Below are positions 13,560 to 26,519 of a stretch of 64,000 bases of DNA, one piece after another. The notes beneath the pieces are model-generated. The model did not search any database. It worked only from the letters and a program-made list of their open reading frames with translations, and was not told where the DNA came from. The translations under genes were made by a program, and so were the position numbers. Source of the DNA: Octopus sinensis (Eukaryota); the NCBI RefSeq assembly GCF_006345805.1, contig NC_043013.1:39928001-39992000 (forward strand), written 5' to 3'. Each line of letters begins with the position of its first letter. Positions within the stretch are counted from its first letter, which is position 1.

Positions 13560-14172
13560 ATTATTCTTTTCTACTCTAGGTACAAGGTCCGAAATTTTGA
13601 GGGGAGGAAGCCAGTCGATTAGATCGACCCCAGTACGCAAATGGTACTTAATTTATCGACCCAGAAAGGATGAAAGGCAAATCGACCTCGGCTGTACTTG
13701 AACTCAGAACATAAAGACAGACGAAATATCGCTAAGCATTTCGACTAACGTTTCTTATTTCTTTATTGCGCAAAGGGGCTAAACATAGAGGAGACAAACA
13801 AAGACAGATAAAGGGATTAAGTCGATTACATCGAATCCAGTGCGTAACCGGTACTTAATTTATCTACCCAGAAAGGATGAAAGGCAAAGTCGACCTTGGC
13901 GGAATTTGAATCTAGAACGTAAAGACAGACGAAATACCTCTTTCTTTACTACCCACAAGGGGCTAAACACTGAGAGGACAAACAAGGACAGGCAAACGGA
14001 TTAAGTCGATTATGTCGACTCCAGTGTGTAACTAGTACTTATTTAATCGATCCCGAAGGGATGAAAGGCAAAGTCGACCTCGGAGGAATTTGAACTCAGA
14101 ACGTAGCGGCAGACGAAATACCGCGAAGCATTTCGCCCGGCATGCTAACGTTTCTGCCAGCTTGCCGCCTTC
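13560..14172 (-). mobile_element. Three head-to-tail SINE family B copies
   Basis: Repeated aaggatgaaaggcaaagtcgacctcggcggaatttgaactcagaacgt blocks at about 13670, 13875 and 14065. Confidence 0.85.
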
Positions 14173-14636
14173 AGGTCCAATATTATTGTTTGGGTCAAAT
14201 AAGAAAAAAAAATGTACCGTCATGGAGGTTAGCTGCTCTGCTGATGCGAACATCTTTTCTGGAATCGAAGAGAAAGAGAACTAAGAACTGCTTCGAAACC
14301 TCCTGCTTCTATATCGAGATTATAATTATAATTATAATAATAATAACAATTAGCGTACTTGTTTTGGGGGGTGAATGATTAAGTAGCAATCTGGATAAGT
14401 GTTTTCAGAAAAACAAATTAACCGGCTGATTCACACATTACAAATACAATCTTGAAGCGGAACAGTAAAAATATGCGAGATTTTTCTCAAATTTAGAATG
14501 AAAAATTTGTTTTTGTTATCTACAATCCAACGACTGATTATTGTATCTTAGAAACCAGCTTCTTACTCAGAGCAAGATTTCAAATAATTAAAAATAGAAA
14601 AGAACATATATACAAACATCCGTGCAAATATACCCA

Positions 14637-14668
<32 letters not shown>

Positions 14669-14671
<3 letters not shown>

Positions 14672-15200
14672 TATTATAAAAGGCAGATTTTATCTGCCTC
14701 CCTTTGGGAGTTATAGAAATCTACAATATAGGATTTCTTCAATTACAATTTACCTAGCATTTTTAAGAGTAGAATGCATCGCGTCATGCCAGGTCCAGTT
14801 TTTAAAATTTAAACTCCAATTAAGCAAAATTTACAGAAAACTCACATTCTGGTGTGTGTGGTCAATGCTTCTTAGTCTGGTTTACACCACACGCAAACTC
14901 ACACACACAGTGTGCAACGAATAAAATGAAAGTAAATAGCGACAGAGTGATTTGAGGAAGACTAAACTGAAAGTATTTAAACCACTACTCAAAAAATAAC
15001 AAAAACACAGCAAACAGAAACAAATAAATACATAACCATTTACTCCTCACACAATTTCTTCAATAGAATTTACCTAAGATTTTTCAGAGTACTTCAGTGG
15101 GTGATGCATAAAAAATTTCTTTCAATTTTACCACCAATTAAGACAAAATTCGAGAAAACTCAATATTTTAAATATCACTCCGAAAGCATTGATGTACATG
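14669..15200 (+). mobile_element. Putative non-autonomous Helitron 5' part
   Basis: Starts A|TC-ttattataaaag within (TA)n, similar to the start at 15830; 3' CTAG end not located. Confidence 0.35.
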
Positions 15201-15829
15201 TTGTGCGTGCGTGAGTGTGTGTGTGTCATTCATCACACACCACGCATACACATACATATACAACTACATACAACTACATAACATACAACTACATACAAAC
15301 ACGTGTGTGTTTGTTATAGTAAAAAAGGCGCCAAAACTCAACTCACTTATCATTCCAACACAATTGCAAAGACACACGGACGAGAAAAGGTAAATTGGTT
15401 TTTATTTTACTCTGTATATATTTTATTATATAATATTATATATAGATATATGTATATATAATTGCAGTATGAAACAGTGTTTATGTATAAACAGACGACA
15501 CTTATATATAGTTACCAAGCCGCCCGAATTTACCTATTCATATTTAAATGAGAATATCAGAGCAATCTCTTTAGTACATTCGTGAAAACCACGTATTATA
15601 CTTCGTAACACTTCAACTACAGTTTTGTACAAAAATCGAAGTGTAATTTTAATTCCGTGAATTATGGGAGATTTTTTTCCGAAATTTGTTCCTATTGTGT
15701 TTTCAAAATTTGTAATTCTGACAAAAAATGGATACGAATTTCATTATATCAAGCAGCGAGTCAGAATTCGAAGGATTTTCTACTGAAGACCTTCATAAAT
15801 CTAACTCTATGACTGAAAAAAAAAAACCA

Positions 15830-16219
15830 TCTTTATATAAGAGTGAAGTTGTGTGTCTGTCCTACGATTTAGATTCCTAACTACTCCCACATTTTGCGGC
15901 GCAGTTTAAACCAAAAGCGGGTATCTTATAGTCGTGATTCATATGAGCCTTCTGGGTATTAGCGTGCGTCTACGATGAGTCTACGATTTAAAAAAATTAC
16001 CATCATATTTTTCCATTTTAATGCTTTTTTTTCGCTTTTTTATATAAGGAAGTAACTCTCTAAAAATATCTACGATGTGTCAACGATTTAAAAAAAAATT
16101 TACCTTAATTTTTTTTCAATTTTTAATGCATTTTTTGCTAATTTTTGGCTATAATTCTCTAAAAATGCTTATATAGTTATTTCCCTTACAACCCGAGCAA
16201 CGCCGGGCGATACTGCTAG
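15830..16219 (+). mobile_element. Non-autonomous Helitron
   Basis: 5' A|TCtttatataa; 3' hairpin cccgagcaacgccggg followed by CTAG|T; inserted in AT with no TSD. Confidence 0.8.
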
Positions 16220-16314
16220 TATATATATAAATATATATATATGTATGTATATATATATAGAAACACGCGCGCGCGATGCACACACACTTCTTCTCTCTCT
16301 CTCCTTCTCTCTCT

Positions 16315-16350
<36 letters not shown>

Positions 16351-17914
16351 GCCCCACACACACACGCACACACACTCATATACATGCTAAACATACAAAC
16401 ACACACAGTTTGATGACCGGAAGCAGTCCGATTATAGATTAACAAACGATGAAGACGTGATTATATTTTTATTACTATGTGATAAATGTACGACACGTCG
16501 TTATTCTATTCTTGGATAAGTAGCGTGTTAATTAATTAATGATTCATAAATTGTTTAATTAACGATTAATTAGGCCTACTGCTAATACTCCTCTTTAAGC
16601 AGTTTGTTAGCCAAGTACTTACATGAAGTGTTACCGAAGTTGTAGTCTAGGTCTGAATAATCCCTACCGCGCGCACACACACACCCACACACACACATGT
16701 GCAACCAAAATAAGTAACAAGATATCAAGTATTAGTGCAATACGACCATTTCAAGCGGCTCCATTTAATTGAACCATGCAAGTATTACATCAATTCAAAT
16801 TATTATCTGGTATCTAAAATAATTTGGAATGGAATATTCTATCTATTTCTTTACCCTATGATAAAGGTAAATATTTCTGCTCGCTTTTTAATAGCGAAAT
16901 GTTTTATATTCTATTCTCAAAGAATCCCCTTGTAAACACGTTTGTAGAACGCGTTTATTGTTGCAAACATTGGCAGAAACATACCTTTAGTTCTTATAAG
17001 TAATTTCTACCAATCTATATAATTTGACCTTTGATTGACTTCTTACATTTCACTTCCACAAATATATCTAATTCCACGTGTTTAAAGCTTTATTCTAATT
17101 CACCCATTGCTCTGTATTTCTCCACTATTAGTTTTCTGCTAATTTCTTTCCTTCTCTTCTCTTTCTACATGCTACCTCGGACGTTATTACTGACGGCTTT
17201 TATTAAAATAAATTAATAGCATTCCCTTCATCATTATACACAGTCATCACATTCTGGTAAAATGTCTTAGTGATGTTTCGTTTCTTTCTTTCCCTGATGA
17301 GAAGATTGCATTGTTTTACACCATTTTATTCCTTCTGGAATAATACCAATGTTGTCTTCGAAACATATATCGGAAGTAAAAGTATTTGAATAACAGCTGC
17401 GTTTAACTCCATTTATTTATTTATCTGTGTGTGTGCGGTAGCCTTAAACCAAAAATAGAAATTCTATTCACCAATGAAATGTTTTTCACTCATTCTCGTC
17501 ATTCGACATTTACGTATGTGTGTGTATATATATATCTACACACACACACACATATATACATATATATATATATATTATATATATAAACGTGTATATGTAT
17601 GTGTGTGTGTATGCAAGGAAGTATATATAAATATATGTATATGTGTATATATATAAGAAAATAGTAAAGAGTGAAAAAACGACAGAAGGCTTAAATGTTA
17701 AAAAATATATATATTTGCGTCAAAATGTCTGGAGAATATTGGAAAAATTTTTTCTCCTTTCCTTAAAATGACATAATTTTATAATTTTTAAAGAAATACC
17801 GGTTTCGCAGTTAGCTCTTCAAATTTCTTGTGACTTAATGTTTATTTTTAATAACGTAATCCTTGTATTTTTGCTAAGGAGAGTTCTAAATAAGGGAAAG
17901 TAGTGAGTGATTTC

Positions 17915-18232
17915 TCTGAAAACATAATTTATGTCATGAAATGCTCGGGCTGCCACCAAGACTACGTGGGGTCCACGGGACTATCACTCAGACGTAGATG
18001 CACACTGCATCGACAACAGATTGCATTCCCAGAATATAGAATGATACCTTTTAGTGAACACATTGAGAAATGCGCAAAGTAACTACAACCACAATTTTTA
18101 ATCTTTCCATTTTACCAATGTGCTTTCGGATCATCATCACAAATTAGACTAAATAAGGAAACATTCTTCATTGAAAAGTACAAACCCAGACTCAACTATC
18201 CGAACTCAATAATACAGAGAAATTCACACTAA
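17915..18232 (+). pseudogene. GIY-YIG endonuclease domain of a Penelope-like element, one in-frame stop
   Basis: SENIIYVMKCSGCHQDYVGSTGLSLRRRCTLHRQQIAFPEYRMIPFSEHIEKCAK*LQPQFLIFPFYQC...RLNKETFFIEKYKPRLN; IY/YVG motifs, CxxC, R, H, E and LN positions; TAA at 18080-18082. Confidence 0.85.
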
Positions 18233-18360
18233 AGGAAAAAAAAAATTTTAAGCGATTATCTCCCTTACACCGGAAGAAATCACTCACTACTTTCCTTTAT
18301 TTAGAACTCTCCTTAGCAAAAATACAAGGATTACGTTATTAAAAATAAACATTAAGTCAC

Positions 18361-18399
18361 AAGAAATTTGAAGAGCTAACTGCGAAACCGGTATTTCTT
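18361..18399 (+). ncRNA. Minimal type I hammerhead motif (C3 to U) in the Penelope repeat; mirror copy on - at about 17790-17830
   Basis: AAGAAA-t-TTGAAGA-GC(taact)GC-GAAA-CCGGT-A-TTTCTT: 6-bp stem I, palindromic stem III ACCGGT, GUA site. Confidence 0.55.
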
Positions 18400-18595
18400 T
18401 AAAAATTATAAAATTATGTCATTTTAAGGAAAGGAAAAAAATTTTTCCAATATTCTCCAGACATTTTGACGCAAATATATATATTTTTTAACATTTAAGC
18501 CTTCTGTCGTTTTTTCACTCTTTACTATTTTCTTATATATTCACCCACGTGCTTTACCAAACAAACTTTCTTATCTGTGTATATATATATAATAT

Positions 18596-18665
<70 letters not shown>

Positions 18666-18930
18666 GCACTCACGATCGTATGTGTGTATGTATGTATGAA
18701 TTTAAGCTGATGAAATATTTGCAATGCTCATTTAAACGGAGTCGCTTGAAACGGTCGTATTGCGCTGATACTTGACATCCTTTTACTTATTTTGATTATA
18801 TATGTGTGTGTTTCTGTGTGAATACATAAATACACACTTATGCACACATATATAAATACATATATGTATTCTTATATCATATAAGCGTGCACACATATGC
18901 GCATACTTGCTATGTGGATATATGAAGATA

Positions 18931-18961
<31 letters not shown>

Positions 18962-18967
18962 ATATAT

Positions 18968-19018
<51 letters not shown>

Positions 19019-19507
19019 CTACATACATACGTACTGCCTACATACATACGTACTGCCTACATACATACATACATACATAAATACATGCATACATACATGC
19101 ATACGTACATACATACATACATACATGCGTACATACATACATACATACATACATACATACATACATACATACATACATACAGACATACATACATACATGC
19201 ATGCATATATAGCTGCATGAGAGAGACAGAAAAAAACGGGAGACAGAGTGCTATGAAGTGAGTTGAGTGTGTAACTGTGGCCATATTATTAATATGAATA
19301 CTTTTTCTCCTTTATCTGACTTTGCCAATTTCTGTTAACCAAATTTGTTTAGATTTTTACACTTTAATATAATATCTTTAGTTTTGTATTTGTTTATATA
19401 TGAAGAAATATGTCTATCAGCTAACTTTAGTTCAAAAAAAATATAACTAGTTTCGTTAGAAAATTAGATTTTTCATATCTTGTGAACTGTAATTTAGTAT
19501 TTTATTA

Positions 19508-19725
19508 AGGCGGCGAGATGGCAAAATCGTTAGCACGCTAGGCGAAATGTACAGCGGTGTTTCGTCAGTCTTTACGTTCTGAGTTCAAATTCCGCCGAGG
19601 TCGACATTACCTTTCATCCTTTCGAGGACGATAAATTAAGTACCGGTTGCGTACTGGGGTCGATCTAATCGACTGGCCCCCTCCTTCAAAAATGTTGGGC
19701 CTTGTGCCTAGAGTAGAAAAGAATT
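19508..19725 (+). mobile_element. SINE family B
   Basis: ggcggcgagatggcaaaatcgttagcacg...gagttcaaattccgccgaggtcgac...ggggtcgatctaatcgac. Confidence 0.85.
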
Positions 19726-19734
19726 TATTCTTTT

Positions 19735-20075
19735 ATATATTTCAGTCATTTGACTTCGGTCATGCTGGAGCACCGCCTTTAGTCGAGCAAATCTACTCCA
19801 GGACTTATTCTTTGTAAGCGTAAGTTATTCTATCGGTCACTTTTGCCGAACCGCTAAGTTACGGGGACGCAAACACACCAACGTGTAGGGACAAACACAA
19901 ATATAAAAGCATTTGCATATATATATACAACGGGCTTCTTTCAGTTTCCGTCTACGAAATCCACTCACAAGGCTTTGGTCAGCTCGAGGCTATAGTAGAA
20001 GGCACATGCCCAAGGTGCCACGCAGTGGGACTGAACCCGGAACTACGTGGTTGCTAAGCAAGCAACTTACCACAC
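19735..20075 (-). mobile_element. SINE family A
   Basis: Reverse-complement head, core and tail. Confidence 0.85.
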
Positions 20076-20535
20076 GCCTACTTTTCTTAGTTTCTTTATA
20101 TAATTTAAATAAAACGGCGACTTTGATGTGTTTAAACACCTCGCTTTGCAACCACGTGGTTCCGGGTTAAGTGCGACTGCGCGGTACCTTGAGTAATCGT
20201 TTTCTACTATTGCTCTTTGTGAGTGAATGTAAAAGCATGTCGTTTGTATAAAAATATGTCTGTGTGTCTGTCTGGGTGTGTGTGTGTGTGTGTTGTTGTC
20301 TCTCTACACACGATATGACATTTGGTTTTGGTTTGTCTACATCCCCGTAACTTAGCAGGTCAACAACAGAGATCGAGAGAGTAAGTACAAAATTTGAAAC
20401 GAAATAAGTACTGGTATCGAGCTGTTCAACTAATACCCTACAATGGGTACGGCGACAGCTCAATGACTGAAATAAGCGAAGGATGAAAAATAAAAGATTA
20501 AAAAGTATTTTAATAATTAAGAAGAAATTTAAGAT

Positions 20536-20748
20536 GGTGAGCTGGTAGAAGCGTTAGCACGCTGGGCGAAATGCTTAACGGCATTTCATCTGTCGCTACG
20601 TTCTGAGTTCAAATTCCCCCGACGTCGACTTTGCCTTTCTTCCTTTCGAGGTCGATAAATTAAGTACCAGTTATGTCCTGGGGTCAATCTAATCGACTGG
20701 GCCCCACTCACCAAAAATTTCAGGCCTGTGTCTAGAGTAGAAAGGAAT
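20536..20748 (+). mobile_element. SINE family B
   Basis: Same diagnostic blocks as 19508. Confidence 0.8.
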
Positions 20749-20799
20749 AATTATGAATTCCACCACGGTAAACATTGCATTTTATTCTTTCAAGGTCAA

Positions 20800-21005
20800 T
20801 CCACTTTGCATCGCTTTAGCATTCGAGTGACGCCATCCCGCTTGCTAGGCGAGCAGGCCACCATCCCTCCCTTGATTGAAAGGCGGACTGAAGCAACGTG
20901 AAACGAAGTGTTTTGTTCAAGAACACAACGTCTCACACAGCCTGGGAATTGAACACACTCTTGCTAGATCGTGAGGGCAACAGCCTAAACACTAGGTCAC
21001 GAACC
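20800..21005 (-). mobile_element. tRNA-derived SINE family D
   Basis: Reverse complement gtgacctagtgtttagg...ttcaattccc...ttgtgttcttgaacaaaacacttcgtttcacgttgc matches 28088 and 39565. Confidence 0.65.
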
Positions 21006-21550
21006 TTTACAAAAAAAAGGAAAACAGCAATATAATTCCATAATATGAAATCCTGAATTAGTGTTCAAATGAAATTGGTAATAGTCTACTACATCAAGAT
21101 GAACTATGGTCCTCAAAAGGTGTGCCGTAAAAGGGAATCCAAAGGACTTCACGAACTTTCAGAAGTATTACGTAAGGAAATAGAAAATCCGTTTGAAAAC
21201 TTGAGGGGTTTAAAGAAGTTTGTTTATTAAAATTTTGTTGCATAGAATAGAATTATGATAATACGCTGACCGGGTTATAAAAAAATCTGAAAATGTAAAA
21301 CCTGAGTTTTCTCAACATCTTTCCTAATTTTTTTGTATCAACAAAAAATGGTTAGCTTGTTTGTTTGTTTTCTGTGTGAGTATGTGTGTGTGTGTGTGTG
21401 TGCGTGGGGGAGTGTATGTGTGTGTGCATGCGTGTTTATTTTCAACTTTCCGTTCGAAATATGGCAGACATTCCAACATCCTTTATTCTTATTTCATTCT
21501 TGATCTTCAATGCGACACGAAGTTAACAACACAGAGAACAAATATATATA

Positions 21551-21627
<77 letters not shown>

Positions 21628-21673
21628 CATATACATATATATATGTATATATATATATATGTATGTATGTATG

Positions 21674-21780
<107 letters not shown>

Positions 21781-22157
21781 CATACAAACATATATATAGA
21801 AACAGTTTGATTCAGACTCCTTGTATAACTTCGTGAAAATCCATTTTGACGTGTCTAACGTTGGTCAGGGCGCGTGTGGTTTATCAATGGAAGTCCGTTC
21901 GACTACGCGAAGGATATAGAAGAAAACAACCAGAAAAGATATTTATACCTCTAACCAATATCAATGAAAACTGATAAAATCGTTTGTAGCTAATATTACA
22001 ACTACTGACTGCCTCAAAACTCATTTCACGAGGTAGAAGGTAAATATATATATATATATATACATGCTAACGTATACGCCCCTGTATACATACATACATG
22101 CACACACACACACAGATATATATATATATATATATCATGTGTATTTATATATATATC

Positions 22158-22217
<60 letters not shown>

Positions 22218-22327
22218 TATATACATGATATATATATATACACATGATATATATATATATATATATATATCTGTGTGTGTGTGTGCATGTATGTATGTAT
22301 ACAGGGGCGTATACGTTAGCATATATA

Positions 22328-22548
22328 CTGGCAGAAACGTTAGCACGCCGGGTGAAATGCGTAGCCGTATTTCGTCTACCGTTACGTTCTGAGTTCAAAT
22401 TCCGCCGAGGTCGACTTTGCCTTTCATCCTTTCGGGGGTCGATAAATTAAGTAGCAGTTACGCACTGGGGTCGATGTGATCGACTTAATCCGTTTGTCTT
22501 TGTTTGTCCTCTCTGTGTTTAACCCCTTGTGGGTAGTAAAGAAATATG
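22328..22548 (+). mobile_element. SINE family B (young-looking copy)
   Basis: Head through tail ...ccccttgtgggtagtaaagaaata. Confidence 0.85.
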
Positions 22549-22556
22549 TATGTATA

Positions 22557-22823
22557 CAGGGGCGTAGCTATGGTGAGACAAGCAGGGCACATGCCCTTCG
22601 TGCCACTTTGAGTGGGGGCGCAATTTTGGCCAAGTTCATTTTCTAATTAAGCCATTCAGGCATGTTTTGCATATCGCCATCCATGACACTAGACAAAACA
22701 GTTGTTCTTATTTGATCTTGATCTGACAAAATGCATGCGCTGACCACCCCACTTCCCCACTGACTGGGTGGAGTGCAATTTTGACTCATGCCCTGGGCGC
22801 CATTTACCCCAGCTACGCCCCTG
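22557..22823. mobile_element. MITE with 13-bp perfect TIR
   Basis: caggggcgtagct ... agctacgcccctg. Confidence 0.8.
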
Positions 22824-22847
22824 TGTGTGTGTACGTGTGTGTGTGTG

Positions 22848-22882
<35 letters not shown>

Positions 22883-23320
22883 GTACGATACAAATAAGAT
22901 GATTTTATTTCTTCGAACGCAGAATTGCTTTTAGAACACCAGAAATTACCCTTACAAAGGAGAAAAGAGGTTACGGTAAAAGTCGAAACTGACCGATCAG
23001 TCTGGAAATATCTCGACCGCTGCTTTTCGGGCGACTACGATCCCTCTCAGCATGTATGTATACAATTGTGTGCTTTGACTGCAGCATTAGAGCGATTAGC
23101 TCTAATTTCTAACAATATGGGTTAAGATTATAGTTTTCTTTTTTGGTACACATTGCTTAACGATGCCTACATTAGCTATATACGTGTGTGTGTGTGTGTA
23201 TGTGTGTGCGTGTGTGTGTGTGTGTGTGTGTGCGTGTGTGTGTGTGTGCGTGTGTGTGTGTATGTGTGTGTGTGTTGTATGTGTGTGTGTGTGTGGTGTA
23301 TGTATGTATGTATGTATGTT

Positions 23321-23925
23321 TACGAGGTTTGATAAAAAAAATATTGGAAATAATTTAATTAAAAGAGAACTCCAATGCATATAGATTCGGCATTTAATCT
23401 CCTTCGCAATAGTTCCCTTTGCAAGTCACACACTTTATCCAGTGAAGTATTTTTATTGATGGAAGCCTTCCTGGAACCCCTTCACTTGAGATAGCGAGGC
23501 AGCTGCCGCATCACTTCTCTTGGATTTTCTCGATGTCTTGAAATCTTATTCCTTTCAAGTTAGATTTTATTTTTGCCTCGGTTTCAAGACTGTTGCCATA
23601 GAGCCACGATCCGTCACCTGCTATGGCAGTTTTCAAAAAGCTTTCGTCTTCATCGACACAATTAGGGGAGAACACAAGCAGCTGAAACCCGTTCTTCTTT
23701 TAGAGACGACCACACTCTACACACTTTACTTCCAGCCACTGCTATGAACAACAGAAGATAACAAGAAGGTTATAGCTTTTCTTATAGCCTTTCCCTTTAA
23801 AGTTAAATAGGTGACAGAGAGGCTGACTATGATGTCTTGCACGTTCTAGACATGGGTGTCATAAACGCAATACGCGAAATTCTCAGCCTTCGACTATCCT
23901 AGAAAACTTTACAGACGAGTATAAT
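23321..23925 (-). mobile_element. Internally deleted mariner element
   Basis: Minus strand gives IAGDGSWLYG (first catalytic D region) fused to KSNLKGIRFQDIEKIQE...FQEGFHQ*...KCVTCKGNYCEGD* (mariner C-terminus); degenerate tacgag...aaaa ends. Confidence 0.75.
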
Positions 23926-24003
23926 ACAATGTGTGTGTGTGTGTGTGCGCGCGCGCGCGCATGTTTGTGTGTGTGTGCGTGTATGTATGTATGTATCTGT
24001 ATG

Positions 24004-24222
24004 TACGAGAGAGTGCTGAAAAGTCCCTGCCTTTGGGTAAAAGAAAATACAGGGGAATCAGTTAATTATGATTCAACATATTTCCCTCACAGATTCACAC
24101 ACTTATCACAGTGGTCCTTCAGTGTTCCTTCAGTTTTTCGAAACCTTGTAAAAGAACTCGGAAAGCTGGGCCTCCAACCAGGCCGTTCGCGAAACCCAGG
24201 AACTTTTCAGCACTTCCTTGTA
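24004..24222. mobile_element. Mariner-type MITE
   Basis: TA-cgagagagtgctgaaaagtccctg ... caggaacttttcagcacttccttg-TA: about 24-bp imperfect TIR with TA duplication. Confidence 0.85.
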
Positions 24223-24944
24223 AGTATGTATGTATGTATGCATGTATGAATGAATGAATGAATGAATTTAGAAACATACGTTTCTAAATCCATTAACATT
24301 TCCAGATCATCTCAGCTTCAACTTCTGCTGAGAGTGATGCGTTGTACCCACATTTTGTGCGAAAGTAACCAAATTTTCAATCGTTAAATGACATCAAATC
24401 TGGCGTTGACACTTTTGTTAGTGGTATGATTCCCGTGGTAATTTGCTGCTTACAACAAAACGTGACAACAACATGCTTTTTTCCTCTCTTCATTCGGAAG
24501 ATGAGATCGAGAATATCCTGAAATATAAATTGACATAGCAACGTTAATGTTTCCAACAAACCTGAAATGTCTAATGAAAAAGTTGAAAAAGTTGGGTTTT
24601 TCTATAATAGCAATTAAACTCGTTTCCTTCTATATTAGTAATGATGTTTCCTAGATACCGTGCTTCCCAGCAAGCATGCTGACGTAAGATATTGTGCAAA
24701 CATGCAATATAAAATCATTCAAGCATCCTCTCGATATTTCCAAATCTTACTGCATTTCACATGGAATGTTTGGTCCTCTAAAAGCGTCTTGATGTATAAA
24801 TCGACTTACTTTAATTGGCTGTAAAATTTGGTCTCAAGAATTTGAATTTAAGCCGGAAAATAGGGTAAAGAGGATAATTTTGACCCATCACTTCCGCAGG
24901 TGGGTCAGTAGAGCGTATTACACACGCACGAGTACTGTTAACTA

Positions 24945-25290
24945 GTCATTACAATTTTGCACAGCTATAGGTGCATTACACAGACACCAGTATATTACAC
25001 GAACAGCAGTGTATTACACAGACACCAATGTATTACACAAGCATCGATGTATTACAGCCAGCCGTGTATAAAATGGATAGCAATGTATTTCACAGGCACC
25101 AATTACACAGGTATTAGTGTGTTACACAAGCATCAGTGTATAAGACAGACAACAATGCTGTGCACAGGCACAACAGAGATCAATGTATAACATGGATAAT
25201 AATGTATTAAACAAACAGAAGTGCATTACAGAGGCATCAGTGTTTAGCACACAGACCAGTGTATTACACAGATGTCCGTGTATTATATTA
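24945..25290 (+). repeat. Old degenerate about 19-20-bp minisatellite (ccagtgtattacacagaca-like); resumes at 26160-26255
   Basis: Recurring gtgtattacac/tgtattacac motifs at roughly 20-bp spacing. Confidence 0.7.
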
Positions 25291-25599
25291 GCTTCAGCAG
25301 GATTTGAACTCAGAGTGCAGAAACTCGAACCAAATACCACATGGCACTCAGTCAAACATTCTTAAAATCCTGTCAATCTCTTGCTCGTGATTGGTGCATT
25401 TTTTATCGATGCCTCGAGTGAATAAAAAGTAAAGCTGACCTCGGCAGGATTTGAACTTTGGACACAGAGAATCGAAACAAATACTTCCGAGGAATTTATA
25501 AAGTGTTTATAGTTTAAAATAGCAACATATTTCCATTTTGGATTTGGTCTTCAAAATTCTTGATAGGAACTTGTATGTTGAAAAATATTTTACTAGTGT

Positions 25600-26158
25600 C
25601 TGTTAATACACGGGTCTCTGCGTAATACTTGTACTTGTGGTGGCATTCACCCGGAGTGGGTTGAGCCGGGTCCAACTAAAGAACCATGTTCGGGGTTTCA
25701 GTGGGAATACAAATTCACATGTTGTCCCCGGTCACATGCATGCATACATACACACTACGGGATAGTGTGATCCATAGCAGCTCATCTTGTCGTTGTTGTT
25801 GTTGACCATCACAGAGGATTCCACCGATTGTTGACTATCACAAGTCACCGCCGATTATCAGAGCAGACGTAACGTGAATTTGAAGCGAGTTCTAGAGACA
25901 TACTTTAACAGAAGCTAAAGGGTGCCTCACTCCCAATTGTATTGCAGCACGCCGGACTCCAACCCGGAATTTCTGAGGACTCTTGCTGTTCCTAGATAAT
26001 CGTTGAATCTACGCAAGGTTCATCCGTCTATTTGACAGGTCTTGTTTTGATAGGTCCTCTTGGATTAATAGCAACCCTTCTCACCAGGCAAGTCTAGTAG
26101 GGGTGCCGGTTTAATCGCCGATGACCCAACCATGCAACAGGTTGGACTGGATTCTATG
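25600..26158 (-). mobile_element. Putative RTE-LINE 5' UTR fragment
   Basis: Reverse complement homologous to 37600-37860 (gtcatcggcgattaaaccggcacccc...ggtgagaaggg...ttgggagtga). Confidence 0.45.
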
Positions 26159-26519
26159 TTGCCAGTAATACATGAATATTATAGACACCAGTCTATTACA
26201 TAGAAACCTATGTATTACACAGACAGCTGTGTATTACAAATGCAAGTGTATTTAAGCGATTTACAAAGGCACAATTAAAAATGATTTACACGACCACTTT
26301 ACCACGTTTAGTTACATACCATAATTCGTCACCTTTAACTTGGTAATTAGCAATTATTTTAATTTTTAATAGATCTAATTAAATTAATCTGATATAATGC
26401 TTTGCCAACATCAATCATGACATCTTATAATAGAAGTCAAAAGTAGTCGGCAACTATTCAAATATATGTAGAAATAGTCTCTTTGGTTATATGACTTGTT
26501 ATTGAAGACGATGGCGCGC

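Larger units (their letters stand above)
17651..18540. mobile_element. Penelope-like element 3' end with inverted terminal repeats (arms about 17651-17915 and 18275-18540)
   Basis: About 265-bp arms, nearly identical in reverse complement, enclosing a GIY-YIG coding remnant. Confidence 0.85.

Noticed and set aside
17000-17400. Possible LINE APE-endonuclease remnant on the minus strand
   Set aside because: Similarity too weak to support by eye.
22970-23053. Resemblance of KYLDRCFSGDYDP to a Ras-like switch I region
   Set aside because: No P-loop GxxxxGKS upstream in frame; likely coincidental.
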